Source: an uncultured bacterium
Lineage (GTDB): Bacteria > Chloroflexota > UBA5177 > JANWHV01
Assembly (NCBI GenBank): GCA_963729625.1
Contig: CAVSOU010000010.1
Location: 288,001-352,000, forward strand
DNA length: 64,000 bases
Reading direction: 5' to 3'
How positions within the stretch are numbered: the first letter of the stretch is position 1; each line of letters starts with the position of its first letter. Shown here piece after piece: positions 49,090-59,752 of the stretch. Below the pieces are notes generated by a model. That model saw nothing but the letters and a program-made list of their open reading frames with translations. It had not been told where the DNA came from and made no database searches. The position numbers and the translations under genes were made by a program.

Positions 49090-50085
49090 ATGTCCCTGAA
49101 GCTTGGCGCCCACAATATGGCCACGAAGGTCGTGTCCTCGCTGCCTCGTGGACTCGCTTACCAGCTGGCGCGTTGGATCGGCGCGGCATTTGCCCTGCTG
49201 CCGACGTACAGGCGGCGCGCGCTCGCGAGCAATATCGCAGTCGCACGCGGGTTGCCGGTAAGCGATCGTCAGGTTCGACGCGATGTGCGCAGGGCTTTCC
49301 AGCACGCGATGCTGAACTACGTGGACCTTTTCGGCCTTGATCGCTACGACTCGCCGGAGCTCATCGACAAGATCGTGGTTGAAGACTGGTGTCCGTACTT
49401 GCGCGCAGAGGAGAAAGGCAAAGGCGTCGTTCTGTTCAGTGCCCACCTCGGAAACTATGATACGGTGGTCCAGAAGCTGGCGCTTCTTGGACGAAGCGTG
49501 CTCATTCCAGTGGAGAACATCCAACCGCCGGACCTCCTTGATGCCTTCCGCAAGCGTCGGGCGCTGATGGGAATGGACATCGCCGCGATTGGACCCGACA
49601 CCTTCAAACACATGGCCGCGTGCGTCCGTTCCGGCGGGACAGTAGTGATTGTGTGTGATCGAGACATACAGGGAACAGGCGTGCCCGTCACATTCTTTGG
49701 CCGGGGTGTCAATCTCCCCCAGGCTGCCGTACTGTTAGCAATTCGGACCGGCGCGCCCCTCCTAGGAGCGTTTGGCTATCGCTTTGACGACAATAGCATC
49801 GGTGGGCGTTTCACAGCCGAAATTGATTTTGGAAGCGGTCGCGCCGCGAAGCGTTCGATGGCCCTTCGCGATGCGGTGGCATTTGGCATGAGGGAGATTG
49901 TCGCGGTACTCGAACGCGAGATACGGCGTGATCCTGGCCAGTGGGTAGTGCAACAACCGCTGTTTGCACCGGAGTCCGATGCGAGCCGTCGATCGACCTT
50001 CACTTCCGCAGTAGATCGGTGTGCAGCCGCGATGCGGCAACACAGTCGGTATGCGCGCCGGCGGCCAGGAGGAGAGACCGCATGA
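49090..50085 (+). CDS. LpxL/PatA-family acyltransferase, copy 2 (true start may be 49049 with a frameshift)
   Basis: HLGNYD (HX4D), IVCDRDI, VTFFGR, DPGQW. Confidence 0.85.
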   Translation: MSLKLGAHNMATKVVSSLPRGLAYQLARWIGAAFALLPTYRRRALASNIAVARGLPVSDRQVRRDVRRAFQHAMLNYVDLFGLDRYDSPELIDKIVVEDWCPYLRAEEKGKGVVLFSAHLGNYDTVVQKLALLGRSVLIPVENIQPPDLLDAFRKRRALMGMDIAAIGPDTFKHMAACVRSGGTVVIVCDRDIQGTGVPVTFFGRGVNLPQAAVLLAIRTGAPLLGAFGYRFDDNSIGGRFTAEIDFGSGRAAKRSMALRDAVAFGMREIVAVLEREIRRDPGQWVVQQPLFAPESDASRRSTFTSAVDRCAAAMRQHSRYARRRPGGETA

Positions 50086-51329
50086 AGATCGCGCTTGTCT
50101 CTCCATACGATTATCGGGTGCCCGGCGGTGTCGGAAAGCACATCGAGGCCCTTCGCACGCAGCTGGTGCGAAAAGGCCATGAGGTGCGAATCATGGCGCC
50201 GGGTGGCGACGATCATGTCGAGGAGGACCGCTTCGGCGTCTATCGCATCGGGCGAGTGACACCGATTCCCGCCAATGGCTCAGTCGCCCGCATCTCGATC
50301 GGCGTTCCCCTGTACACCGGCCTGGCGCGTAAAGTACGGTGGGTACTCGATGCTGAGCGCTTCGACGTGCTTCACGTGCACGAGCCCCTCATGCCGACGC
50401 TGCCTCTGGCCGTCCTCATGGCGCGCGTGCCGGGCGCGATCAAGGTCGGCACCTTTCACGCCTTCCGCGAGAAATACTACGGCTACTACTATGGACGGCC
50501 GCTGTTGCGGAGCGTCGCAAACAGGCTCGACGGTCGAATAGCTGTGTCTCGGGCAGCTTATGAGTTCGTCAGCAGGTATTTTCCTGGCACGTATTCGCTG
50601 ATTCCAAATGGTGTCGACATCGATCGATTCAACAATCGTGTCGAGCCTATCGCCAGGTATCGAGACGGCAGGCCGACAGTCCTGTTCGTAGGCCGGCTTG
50701 AGAAGCGAAAGGGCCTAGCTTACCTTATTCGTGCATACTCCGACGTGCGAGCCGTGATTCCCGATGTGCGTATTCTCGTAGTCGGCAGGCAGGGTCGAGG
50801 CGGGCGTGGTTATGTCGACTACGTGCGCGACCACAACCTTCATGGAATCGAGTTCGTAGGTGAAGTCAGCCAGGCCGACCTGCCGCACTATTACCAAAGC
50901 TGCGATGTGTTCTGCGCCCCCGCGCTGAGTGGTGAGAGCTTTGGCATGGTTCTTCTCGAGGCGATGGCGGTTGGCAAGCCCGTGGTGGCCACGCTGATCG
51001 ACGGGTACAAGCAGGTGGTGCAGGATGGAGTTCAAGGGCGACTGGTGCAGCCGCGCGATAGCCGGGGCCTCGCGCAGGCTTTGATCGATGTGCTGTCTTC
51101 AGAGGAGGCTCGCCGCAACTACGGGCAGCATGGCAGCATCACCGCTCGTGCGTTCAGCTGGGAGCGTGTTTCGTCGCGCTTGCTCAGGTTTTATCAGGAC
51201 GTCCAGCGCCAGTCCTCGGATGGGGTGCGCGACTGGATATCCTCGCTGGATATTCAGGCTCCGTGGTTATCGGATCCAGCTGCGGACTCCGCGGAGTCAG
51301 CAAGCCTGTCGGAAGGCGCTACGCCGTGA
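50082..51329 (+). CDS. pimA: GT4 glycosyltransferase, phosphatidyl-myo-inositol alpha-mannosyltransferase-like
   Basis: MKIALVSPY..PGGV, IPANGSVAR, HVHEP, GTFH, EKRKG, GESFGMVLLEAMA. Context with acyltransferases and pgsA. Confidence 0.8.
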   Translation: MKIALVSPYDYRVPGGVGKHIEALRTQLVRKGHEVRIMAPGGDDHVEEDRFGVYRIGRVTPIPANGSVARISIGVPLYTGLARKVRWVLDAERFDVLHVHEPLMPTLPLAVLMARVPGAIKVGTFHAFREKYYGYYYGRPLLRSVANRLDGRIAVSRAAYEFVSRYFPGTYSLIPNGVDIDRFNNRVEPIARYRDGRPTVLFVGRLEKRKGLAYLIRAYSDVRAVIPDVRILVVGRQGRGGRGYVDYVRDHNLHGIEFVGEVSQADLPHYYQSCDVFCAPALSGESFGMVLLEAMAVGKPVVATLIDGYKQVVQDGVQGRLVQPRDSRGLAQALIDVLSSEEARRNYGQHGSITARAFSWERVSSRLLRFYQDVQRQSSDGVRDWISSLDIQAPWLSDPAADSAESASLSEGATP

Positions 51330-51353
51330 CTAGTCGGAATGTGAGGGGGAGCC

Positions 51354-52007
51354 ATGTTCAATAAGGCGGTGCAAGATTGGGTTCGAACGCTTGCAATCAA
51401 AGTGATGAAGCGTTTCGACAAGGTCCCTATCACCCCCAACCAGGTGACCGTGGCGGGCCTCCTCTTCACGCTGGTTGTCGCCTGGCTCACTGGTACCGGA
51501 TATGTGTTTGCCGCCGGCATTGTGCTCGCCGCGAGCAGTGTCACCGATATCGCCGATGGCGCTTTGGCGAGGGCACGCAATTCCTGCAGCGATTACGGAG
51601 CCTTTTTCGACTCGCTCCTGGACCGTATCGGCGAAGCCGTGATTGGCATCGGCATTATCGTGTATTATGTCAACCACGGTCATGCAATGGAAGGTGCGCT
51701 GCTGACCTACTTGAGTGTATGCGGCGCGCTCATGGTCAGCTACGCCCGGGCCCGTGCCGAGGGTCTGAATATCGAGTGCAACGTGGGATTCATGGCGCGC
51801 CCGGAACGAATCGTCGTCACGTGCGCCGGATTGCTACTGTTCCCTGTGTTTGGACTCTGGATTCTGAGCGCGTCGCTCTGGGTGCTCATCGTGACCACGT
51901 TCTTTACCACCGCGCAGAGGCTGCACCACGTCTATACCGTAACGCACCCTCATCTCGTGATCGATGAGCGCCCGAGGTTGCTCAGGCGACGACGCGCCGC
52001 GAGCTAG
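51354..52007 (+). CDS. pgsA: CDP-alcohol phosphatidyltransferase (phosphatidylinositol-phosphate synthase-like)
   Basis: TPNQVT, DIADGALAR..GAFFDSLLDR, VSYARARAEG..GFMARPER (the SYxRARAE/RPER pattern is typical of PIP synthases). Confidence 0.85.
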   Translation: MFNKAVQDWVRTLAIKVMKRFDKVPITPNQVTVAGLLFTLVVAWLTGTGYVFAAGIVLAASSVTDIADGALARARNSCSDYGAFFDSLLDRIGEAVIGIGIIVYYVNHGHAMEGALLTYLSVCGALMVSYARARAEGLNIECNVGFMARPERIVVTCAGLLLFPVFGLWILSASLWVLIVTTFFTTAQRLHHVYTVTHPHLVIDERPRLLRRRRAAS

Positions 52008-52178
52008 TCGTTCATTCTGCTCGATTCGCCGAGCCACAAGGTTCCAGGAGTGTTCGTCGAGAACGCGGCGTGGTAGCATTGTCCCAGCGCTCACGCCATT
52101 TCTGTGCAAGCATAGGTACCTATGTGCCTGGCGGCGCACCTCAGTCTGACTCCACATGTACGACCCAGAGGAGGCCGA

Positions 52179-53456
52179 ATGTCGACATTCGCACGGACCT
52201 CGAGCGCTCGCGACGCGCTCAGCCAGGTTGACCCTGAGATCCTTGCCGCTATCGAGGGCGAGCAGCGCCGCGAGACCGACAAGATCGAGCTGATCGCCTC
52301 CGAGAACTACACAAGCGCTGCAGTGCTTGAGGCGCAGGGCTCCGTCCTGACGAACAAGTACGCCGAGGGCTATCCCGGTCGCCGGTACTACGGCGGCTGC
52401 GAGTGGGTCGACGTGGTCGAGCGTCTTGCTCGGTCGCGTGCAATGGACCTCTTTCAGGCAGCCCACGCGAATGTGCAGCCGCATAGCGGATCGACTGCCA
52501 ACATGGTCGCGTACGCGTCGGTCTTGCAACACGGCGACACGATCCTTGGTCTTCGCCTCGATCAGGGCGGCCACCTGACCCACGGCAGCCCGGTCAATTT
52601 CTCAGGGATGTCCTATCACGTCGTTTCCTACGGGGTGAATCGCGAGACAGAGCAGATCGACTACGACGAGGTTGCCAGAATTGCCCGAGAATGCCGCCCG
52701 AAGGTGATTGTGGCGGGCGGAAGCGCATACGCGCGATTTCTGGACTTTCCGCGATTTCGGGAGATCAGCGACGAGGTAGGTGCCGTATTGGTCGTCGACA
52801 TGGCCCACATCGCCGGCCTTGTGGCCGGAGGTGTGCATCCGAGCCCGGTGCCGCACGCACAGATCGTGACCAGCACCACGCACAAGACGCTCAGGGGCCC
52901 GCGTTCGGGATTAATTCTCTGCGACGATGAGCACAAGAAAGCGATCGACAAGACAGTGTTTCCCGGCATGCAAGGTGGCCCGCTGATGCACGTCATTGCT
53001 GCCAAAGCTGTGGCGTTCCACGAAGCGCTGCAACCTGCGTTCAAGTCGTACGCCACGACCGTCGTCAGTAACGCGAAGGTCCTTGCCTCGTCCCTTGAGG
53101 ACGCCGGCCTACGCATCGTCAGTGGGGGAACCGACACCCACTTGTTGCTCGTCGATCTGCGGTCTGTCGGACTCGACGGCAAGACCGCCGAGCGCGTGCT
53201 GGACGTCGTCGGCATCACTGCTAACCGCAATGCCATCCCATTTGATCCTGAACCGCCGAACAACCCAAGCGGGCTTCGGTTGGGTAGCGCCGCGGTCACG
53301 ACTCGTGGCTTCACCGCGGACGACATGCGTACACTGGCCGACATGATTGCGACCGTCTTGCACGCTCCGACAGACGACGTCATCCTGGCGGCAAGCTCTC
53401 GCCAGGTGGCCGAACTCACGTCGCGCTACCCCGTTCCCGGCATAACAGATCGGTAG
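52179..53456 (+). CDS. glyA: Serine hydroxymethyltransferase
   Basis: [47 protein letters not shown]. Confidence 0.97.
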   Translation: MSTFARTSSARDALSQVDPEILAAIEGEQRRETDKIELIASENYTSAAVLEAQGSVLTNKYAEGYPGRRYYGGCEWVDVVERLARSRAMDLFQAAHANVQPHSGSTANMVAYASVLQHGDTILGLRLDQGGHLTHGSPVNFSGMSYHVVSYGVNRETEQIDYDEVARIARECRPKVIVAGGSAYARFLDFPRFREISDEVGAVLVVDMAHIAGLVAGGVHPSPVPHAQIVTSTTHKTLRGPRSGLILCDDEHKKAIDKTVFPGMQGGPLMHVIAAKAVAFHEALQPAFKSYATTVVSNAKVLASSLEDAGLRIVSGGTDTHLLLVDLRSVGLDGKTAERVLDVVGITANRNAIPFDPEPPNNPSGLRLGSAAVTTRGFTADDMRTLADMIATVLHAPTDDVILAASSRQVAELTSRYPVPGITDR

Positions 53457-53733
53457 CCGCGCCTGCACCGCGTTGCGGATAATGTGCTGTGAGAGCGCGT
53501 CGAACTTGCTTGCAGTAGGTGGTCGCGCAGGGGTCAGAGCAACGATGCAGTCGTTCTCACCGCGCGACTTGCAGTATCAGCAAGCGCGACGGTCGTATCT
53601 CATCGCGATACCGCCGAGGCCAGATCGAACGGTTCCGCGCGTGCTGCCACGAGGCGCAACGCCATCTTGCCCGGGCCATGCGCAGCCACTCGCGCGGCGA
53701 TACCAGGCAGCGACGGCGCCACAAATGCGGCTC

Positions 53734-54177
53734 TTAGAGCCCAGGAACTACGGCACGCAGCAGTCGATGCAGCAGTGAGTCGTTCTGTGGCTTCTGCTTT
53801 GGCGCCGGCAGCGCAGCCAGCGGCACTGTGTCACTCCCGGGGGACACAAGTGGGCTGATCTCGAGCTGAATATCACCAGGCTGCACGTAGCCGTACTTGC
53901 GAGCCTCCTGCATGTAGAATGACCGCGAATGTGCGAACGTCAGGTCTTGCTGAAGTGTTCGGATCTGGGAGTTGAGTGAGTTGATTTCGGCGATACGCTG
54001 CAGCTTATCCTGGCCGGTCTGATAGCTGACCCAGGCCTTGTCCGCGAAATTGGCGGCGAAAAACACAGCGGAGACGATCAGCAACGAAATACCAAGCCGG
54101 CCTGTCGCCTTGTCCCACCCGACAGAGCGATACGCCGCGCGCAGACTCCACAACAGCCGCCTAAGATCGCGTTTCAC
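53734..54177 (-). CDS. Septum formation initiator (FtsB/DivIC-like)
   Basis: TM helix, coiled coil, then EARKYGYVQPGD. Confidence 0.72.
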   Translation of the reverse strand: MKRDLRRLLWSLRAAYRSVGWDKATGRLGISLLIVSAVFFAANFADKAWVSYQTGQDKLQRIAEINSLNSQIRTLQQDLTFAHSRSFYMQEARKYGYVQPGDIQLEISPLVSPGSDTVPLAALPAPKQKPQNDSLLHRLLRAVVPGL

Positions 54178-54326
54178 CGATCTACCCCCAAACGGCTTGC
54201 GAATCAGTTCGGCCTCACGCCGGCGGCCTTTAAGCTCCGATATACCACCTTGCTCGGTACGGGGCCCGATTGTCTCGTTGAGGTGAAGGCCTCGGCCTCA
54301 ATCCTGTCCGGCCAAGGTCGGACCCA

Positions 54327-54605
54327 CTAGGCCTGCGCTTGTGCCTGGTTCAGCTTCTTCATCAGCCGCGACTTGCGTCTGGCGGCATTGTTCTTGTGCA
54401 GAATACCCTTGGAAGCGGCCGAATCGAGCTCCTTCAGGGCCCGTGCAACAGCCTCGGCACCGACGTCTTCGCTCACATTTGCGGTTCGAAGGCTTTTCTC
54501 GGCCGTCTTTACGAATGTGCGCACGGCGGATTTGGCAGCGCGGTTGCGGATGTGCCGTCGCTCTGACACGTGTGTACGCTTGATAGCGGACTTAATATTG
54601 GGCAC
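54327..54605 (-). CDS. rpsT: 30S ribosomal protein S20
   Basis: PNIKSAIKR..NRAAKSAVRTFVK..KGILHKNNAARRKSRL. Confidence 0.97.
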   Translation of the reverse strand: MPNIKSAIKRTHVSERRHIRNRAAKSAVRTFVKTAEKSLRTANVSEDVGAEAVARALKELDSAASKGILHKNNAARRKSRLMKKLNQAQAQA

Positions 54606-54858
54606 GAACAGTTCTCCATCAGCGCGACCCCGGGGCTACCTGGTCGCCGTTATCAGCTTCAAGGCGCAAACACACCTCGGCATCTCAAAGTCCATCGGTA
54701 ACTATAGCAGAGGCGCGGCGCATGCGCAATCTCCTTGGCCACATAGTAAAGAAGCTCGCGAATAGCCGCCACCTCGGCTACAACCGCCAGCATATCTGAG
54801 CTCTGCTCGTTCGGTGCTACGTCGGCTTTCCGAGTCCGGAGGTTCACGAGCATGCGGT

Positions 54859-54886
54859 TTGCCGACTCCCCAAGCCCAACTATACT
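54859..54886 (+). promoter_or_regulatory. Sigma70 promoter upstream of the polysaccharide locus leader
   Basis: TTGCCG-N16-TATACT. Confidence 0.5.
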
Positions 54887-55153
54887 GGTACTAGAGCACA
54901 GGCCGCCGCGTGAATCGGTGTGGTCAGCGCCTGCTGTACTGGCTAACGTGGTTTTCGTCGAAAACGACATAAGGTGCCTCACGGTCGCGATTCTGTGCTG
55001 CCGGCGTCAGCCGGCTTTGGCACACTGAAGAGTCGCCGGAGATTGGATAGCGCGCAGAGCATCTGCCGGGGGGGTGGTTGCGCCGGGCGCAACGCACTGC
55101 TTCGCGCGATTCATAGACGCACTGACTTGTTGTCGTTCTTGGGGGTGCAACGG

Positions 55154-56383
55154 ATGGATGCTCGATGCCGGTTCTGTGGCTCCACATCGTGCCGGTCGTT
55201 TGTCGATCTCGGAATGTCGCCGCTCTGCGAGAGTTTCCTGCGGCGGGACCAGTTGAATGGCATGGAGCCGTTCTACCCTCTTCACGTGTTTGTGTGCGAG
55301 AAGTGTCTGCTCGTTCAGGTGCAGCAGTACGTCGGTCCCGCGGAAATATTCAGCGATTATGCGTATTTCTCGTCATACTCCGATTCCTGGCTCGACCACT
55401 CTCGACGCTACGTCGAGATGGCAATCGAGCGGTTTGGGCTCAACGACCGTAGCTTGGCAATGGAGATTGCCAGCAACGACGGATATCTTCTCCAGTACTT
55501 CGTGCAAATGGGTGTTCCGGTGCTCGGCATCGAACCTGCCCGGAATGTCGCGGAAGTGGCGCTCAGCAAGAATGTACCTACCAGGATTGCCTTCTTCGGA
55601 CAGGCGCTTGCGCATGAGCTTGCCGCGGAAGGCGCTAGCGCGGACCTGATCGTCGGCAACAACGTTCTGGCCCAGATTCCAGACATAAACGACTTTGTCG
55701 CCGGGCTGAAGACTGCGCTCAAGCCGTCCGGAACGATTACGTTCGAGTTCCCTCACCTGCTCAAGCTCATGAGGGAGAATCAGTTCGACACGATCTACCA
55801 CGAGCACTTTTCGTACTTCAGTCTCCTTGTCGCAAGCGAGATATTCGCCGCACACGGGCTGACTGTGTTCGACGTAGACGAACTCTCGACTCATGGCGGG
55901 TCGCTCCGCATCTATGCCCGGCACGCCGAAGACAGCTCGCGCCCGATGACAGACCGCTTGAATGCGTTGCGCACGCTGGAAGTGGAAGAAGGGCTGGATC
56001 GTGTCGAAGGCTACGCGGGATTTGGTGACCAGGTCATGGAGACAAAACGGAAGCTATTGGAGTTCCTCATTGCCGCGCGACGAGGCGGGAGGTCGGTCGC
56101 AGGCTATGGAGCTCCCGGCAAGGGAAACACGCTGCTTAACTACTGCGGGATACGGACCGACTTCCTGGACTACACGGTCGACCGCAATCCGCACAAACAC
56201 GGTATGTTCTTGCCGGGAACGCACATTCCAATCTTCCCCCCGGAGAAGATCCGCGAGACCAAGCCGGACTATGTCTTGATTCTGCCCTGGAATCTCAAAG
56301 GCGAGATCATGCAACTCCACTCCTATGTCGCCGAATGGGGAGGAAAGTTCGTCGTGCCGATTCCTGAAGTGACCGTGTTCTAG
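55154..56383 (+). CDS. NDP-sugar C-methyltransferase family (Zn-binding, class I SAM)
   Basis: CRFC..CEKCLLVQ zinc site, EIASNDGYLL, FDTIYHEHFSY, HGGSLR, YGAPGKGNTLLNY, LILPWN. Confidence 0.9.
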   Translation: MDARCRFCGSTSCRSFVDLGMSPLCESFLRRDQLNGMEPFYPLHVFVCEKCLLVQVQQYVGPAEIFSDYAYFSSYSDSWLDHSRRYVEMAIERFGLNDRSLAMEIASNDGYLLQYFVQMGVPVLGIEPARNVAEVALSKNVPTRIAFFGQALAHELAAEGASADLIVGNNVLAQIPDINDFVAGLKTALKPSGTITFEFPHLLKLMRENQFDTIYHEHFSYFSLLVASEIFAAHGLTVFDVDELSTHGGSLRIYARHAEDSSRPMTDRLNALRTLEVEEGLDRVEGYAGFGDQVMETKRKLLEFLIAARRGGRSVAGYGAPGKGNTLLNYCGIRTDFLDYTVDRNPHKHGMFLPGTHIPIFPPEKIRETKPDYVLILPWNLKGEIMQLHSYVAEWGGKFVVPIPEVTVF

Positions 56384-56387
56384 CGCC

Positions 56388-57692
56388 ATGCTGACGATTG
56401 ACCCCGCTCCACAGAACGCCGCCGTCGGCGCGGAAATGATCGGTCTGATTAGCCGGCTCTATCCAATATGTCGAAGCATAACTGGAAATGGGTTCCGCGA
56501 GACACTGGCGATCCTGCAAGAGTACCTGCCAATAGAGCGGCATGAAGTGCGGAGTGGTACCGAGGTCTTCGATTGGGTCGTGCCCTCAGAGTGGAACATC
56601 GTCGACGCCTGGGTGAAGAACCAGGCCGGCGAACGTGTGATCGATTTTCGACGCAGCAACCTGCATGTGCTCAACTATAGCGTGCCGATCCATGCCACCA
56701 TGTCGCTTGCCGAGCTCAGGCCACACCTCGCGACCATTCCGGCCCACCCGGACTGGATTCCCTATCGCACCTCGTACTACCGAGAGGCATGGGGCTTCTG
56801 CCTCAGCCAAAGTGCGCTCGATGCCCTCCCCGAGGGCCAGTATGACGTGCACATCGACTCGTCGCTGACGCAGGGCTCGTTGACCTATGGTGAATACTAT
56901 TTACCTGGTCAGACCGATGACGTAGTGCTCATCTCATGCCACGCGTGCCACCCGTCGTTGTGCAACGACAATCTGTCAGGGATCGCGATTGCCACGTTTC
57001 TGGCCCGAAATCTGGCCGGCATGTCGCGCCGTTACTCATATCGCTTCGTGTTCATCCCCGGTACGATAGGGGCCATCACGTGGCTGAGCCGTAACGAGGC
57101 GGCCACGCAGCGGATCAAGCACGGACTCGTCATTACTTGCGCCGGAGACGCGGGAAGACCAACGTACAAGCGGAGCCGGCGCGGGAATGCGTCGATTGAC
57201 CGAGCCATGGCCATCGCGCTGCGCGACTCCGGCCGTCCGTATGAGCTCGTCGATTTCTCGCCCTATGGCTACGACGAGCGCCAGTATTGTTCACCGGGCT
57301 TCAATCTGCCCGTTGGATGCTTCATGCGCACGCCGCACGGCCAGTATCCTGAATACCATTCGTCAGCCGACAACCTTGACATCATGTCTGCCGAAAGCCT
57401 CTTCGACTCACTTGTGCAGTGTCGTGCGGCGTTGTTGACGATCGAGCAAGACCGAACGTACGTAAATCAGAATCCCAAATGTGAGCCGCAGTTGGGTAGG
57501 CGCGGCCTTTACCGATCGATCGGCGGCCAGACAGAAGAAGCTGTGGATGAGCTTGCGCTTCTCTGGGTCTTGAACCTCGCGGACGGCAGTCATTCGCTGC
57601 TCGACATGGCGGAGCGTTCGGGCGTTCGCTTCGACCGCATCCAGCGTGCGGCTGTGGCCCTGCTGGAGCACAAGCTGCTCGTCGAGGCATGA
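56388..57692 (+). CDS. DUF4910 aminopeptidase-like polysaccharide biosynthesis protein
   Basis: LYPICRSITG, PYRTSYY, CHPSLCNDNLSG, DERQYCSPGFNLP, YHSSADN, CEPQLGRRGLY. Confidence 0.88.
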   Translation: MLTIDPAPQNAAVGAEMIGLISRLYPICRSITGNGFRETLAILQEYLPIERHEVRSGTEVFDWVVPSEWNIVDAWVKNQAGERVIDFRRSNLHVLNYSVPIHATMSLAELRPHLATIPAHPDWIPYRTSYYREAWGFCLSQSALDALPEGQYDVHIDSSLTQGSLTYGEYYLPGQTDDVVLISCHACHPSLCNDNLSGIAIATFLARNLAGMSRRYSYRFVFIPGTIGAITWLSRNEAATQRIKHGLVITCAGDAGRPTYKRSRRGNASIDRAMAIALRDSGRPYELVDFSPYGYDERQYCSPGFNLPVGCFMRTPHGQYPEYHSSADNLDIMSAESLFDSLVQCRAALLTIEQDRTYVNQNPKCEPQLGRRGLYRSIGGQTEEAVDELALLWVLNLADGSHSLLDMAERSGVRFDRIQRAAVALLEHKLLVEA

Positions 57693-57883
57693 GTCGAACA
57701 CCGTTCGACTGAACGCGTCGTCAGGGCATGTCCAGAATCTCTAGGTGATTGATGCGCCGGCAGCGCCAGTGTGGCGCTCGAGCGGTACTCCCGCGTGAAA
57801 TCAGGCTTCGCTGGACCCGCGCGACGACGGCGGGCCGCGCCGTGAAGAAACGATGGGGAACGATGGCGCATGTATAATTGTGA

Positions 57884-59748
<1,865 letters not shown>

Positions 59749-59752
59749 GCCG

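Noticed and set aside
52008-52178. ZTP, THF or glycine riboswitch upstream of glyA
   Set aside because: Diagnostic conserved motifs (e.g. GACTGGCG...CGCCTGGG for ZTP) were not found in the proper arrangement.
19983-55074. G7/C7 homopolymers at 19983, 46509 and 55068 as phase-variation tracts
   Set aside because: They are short, in frame or intergenic, and expected at this GC content.
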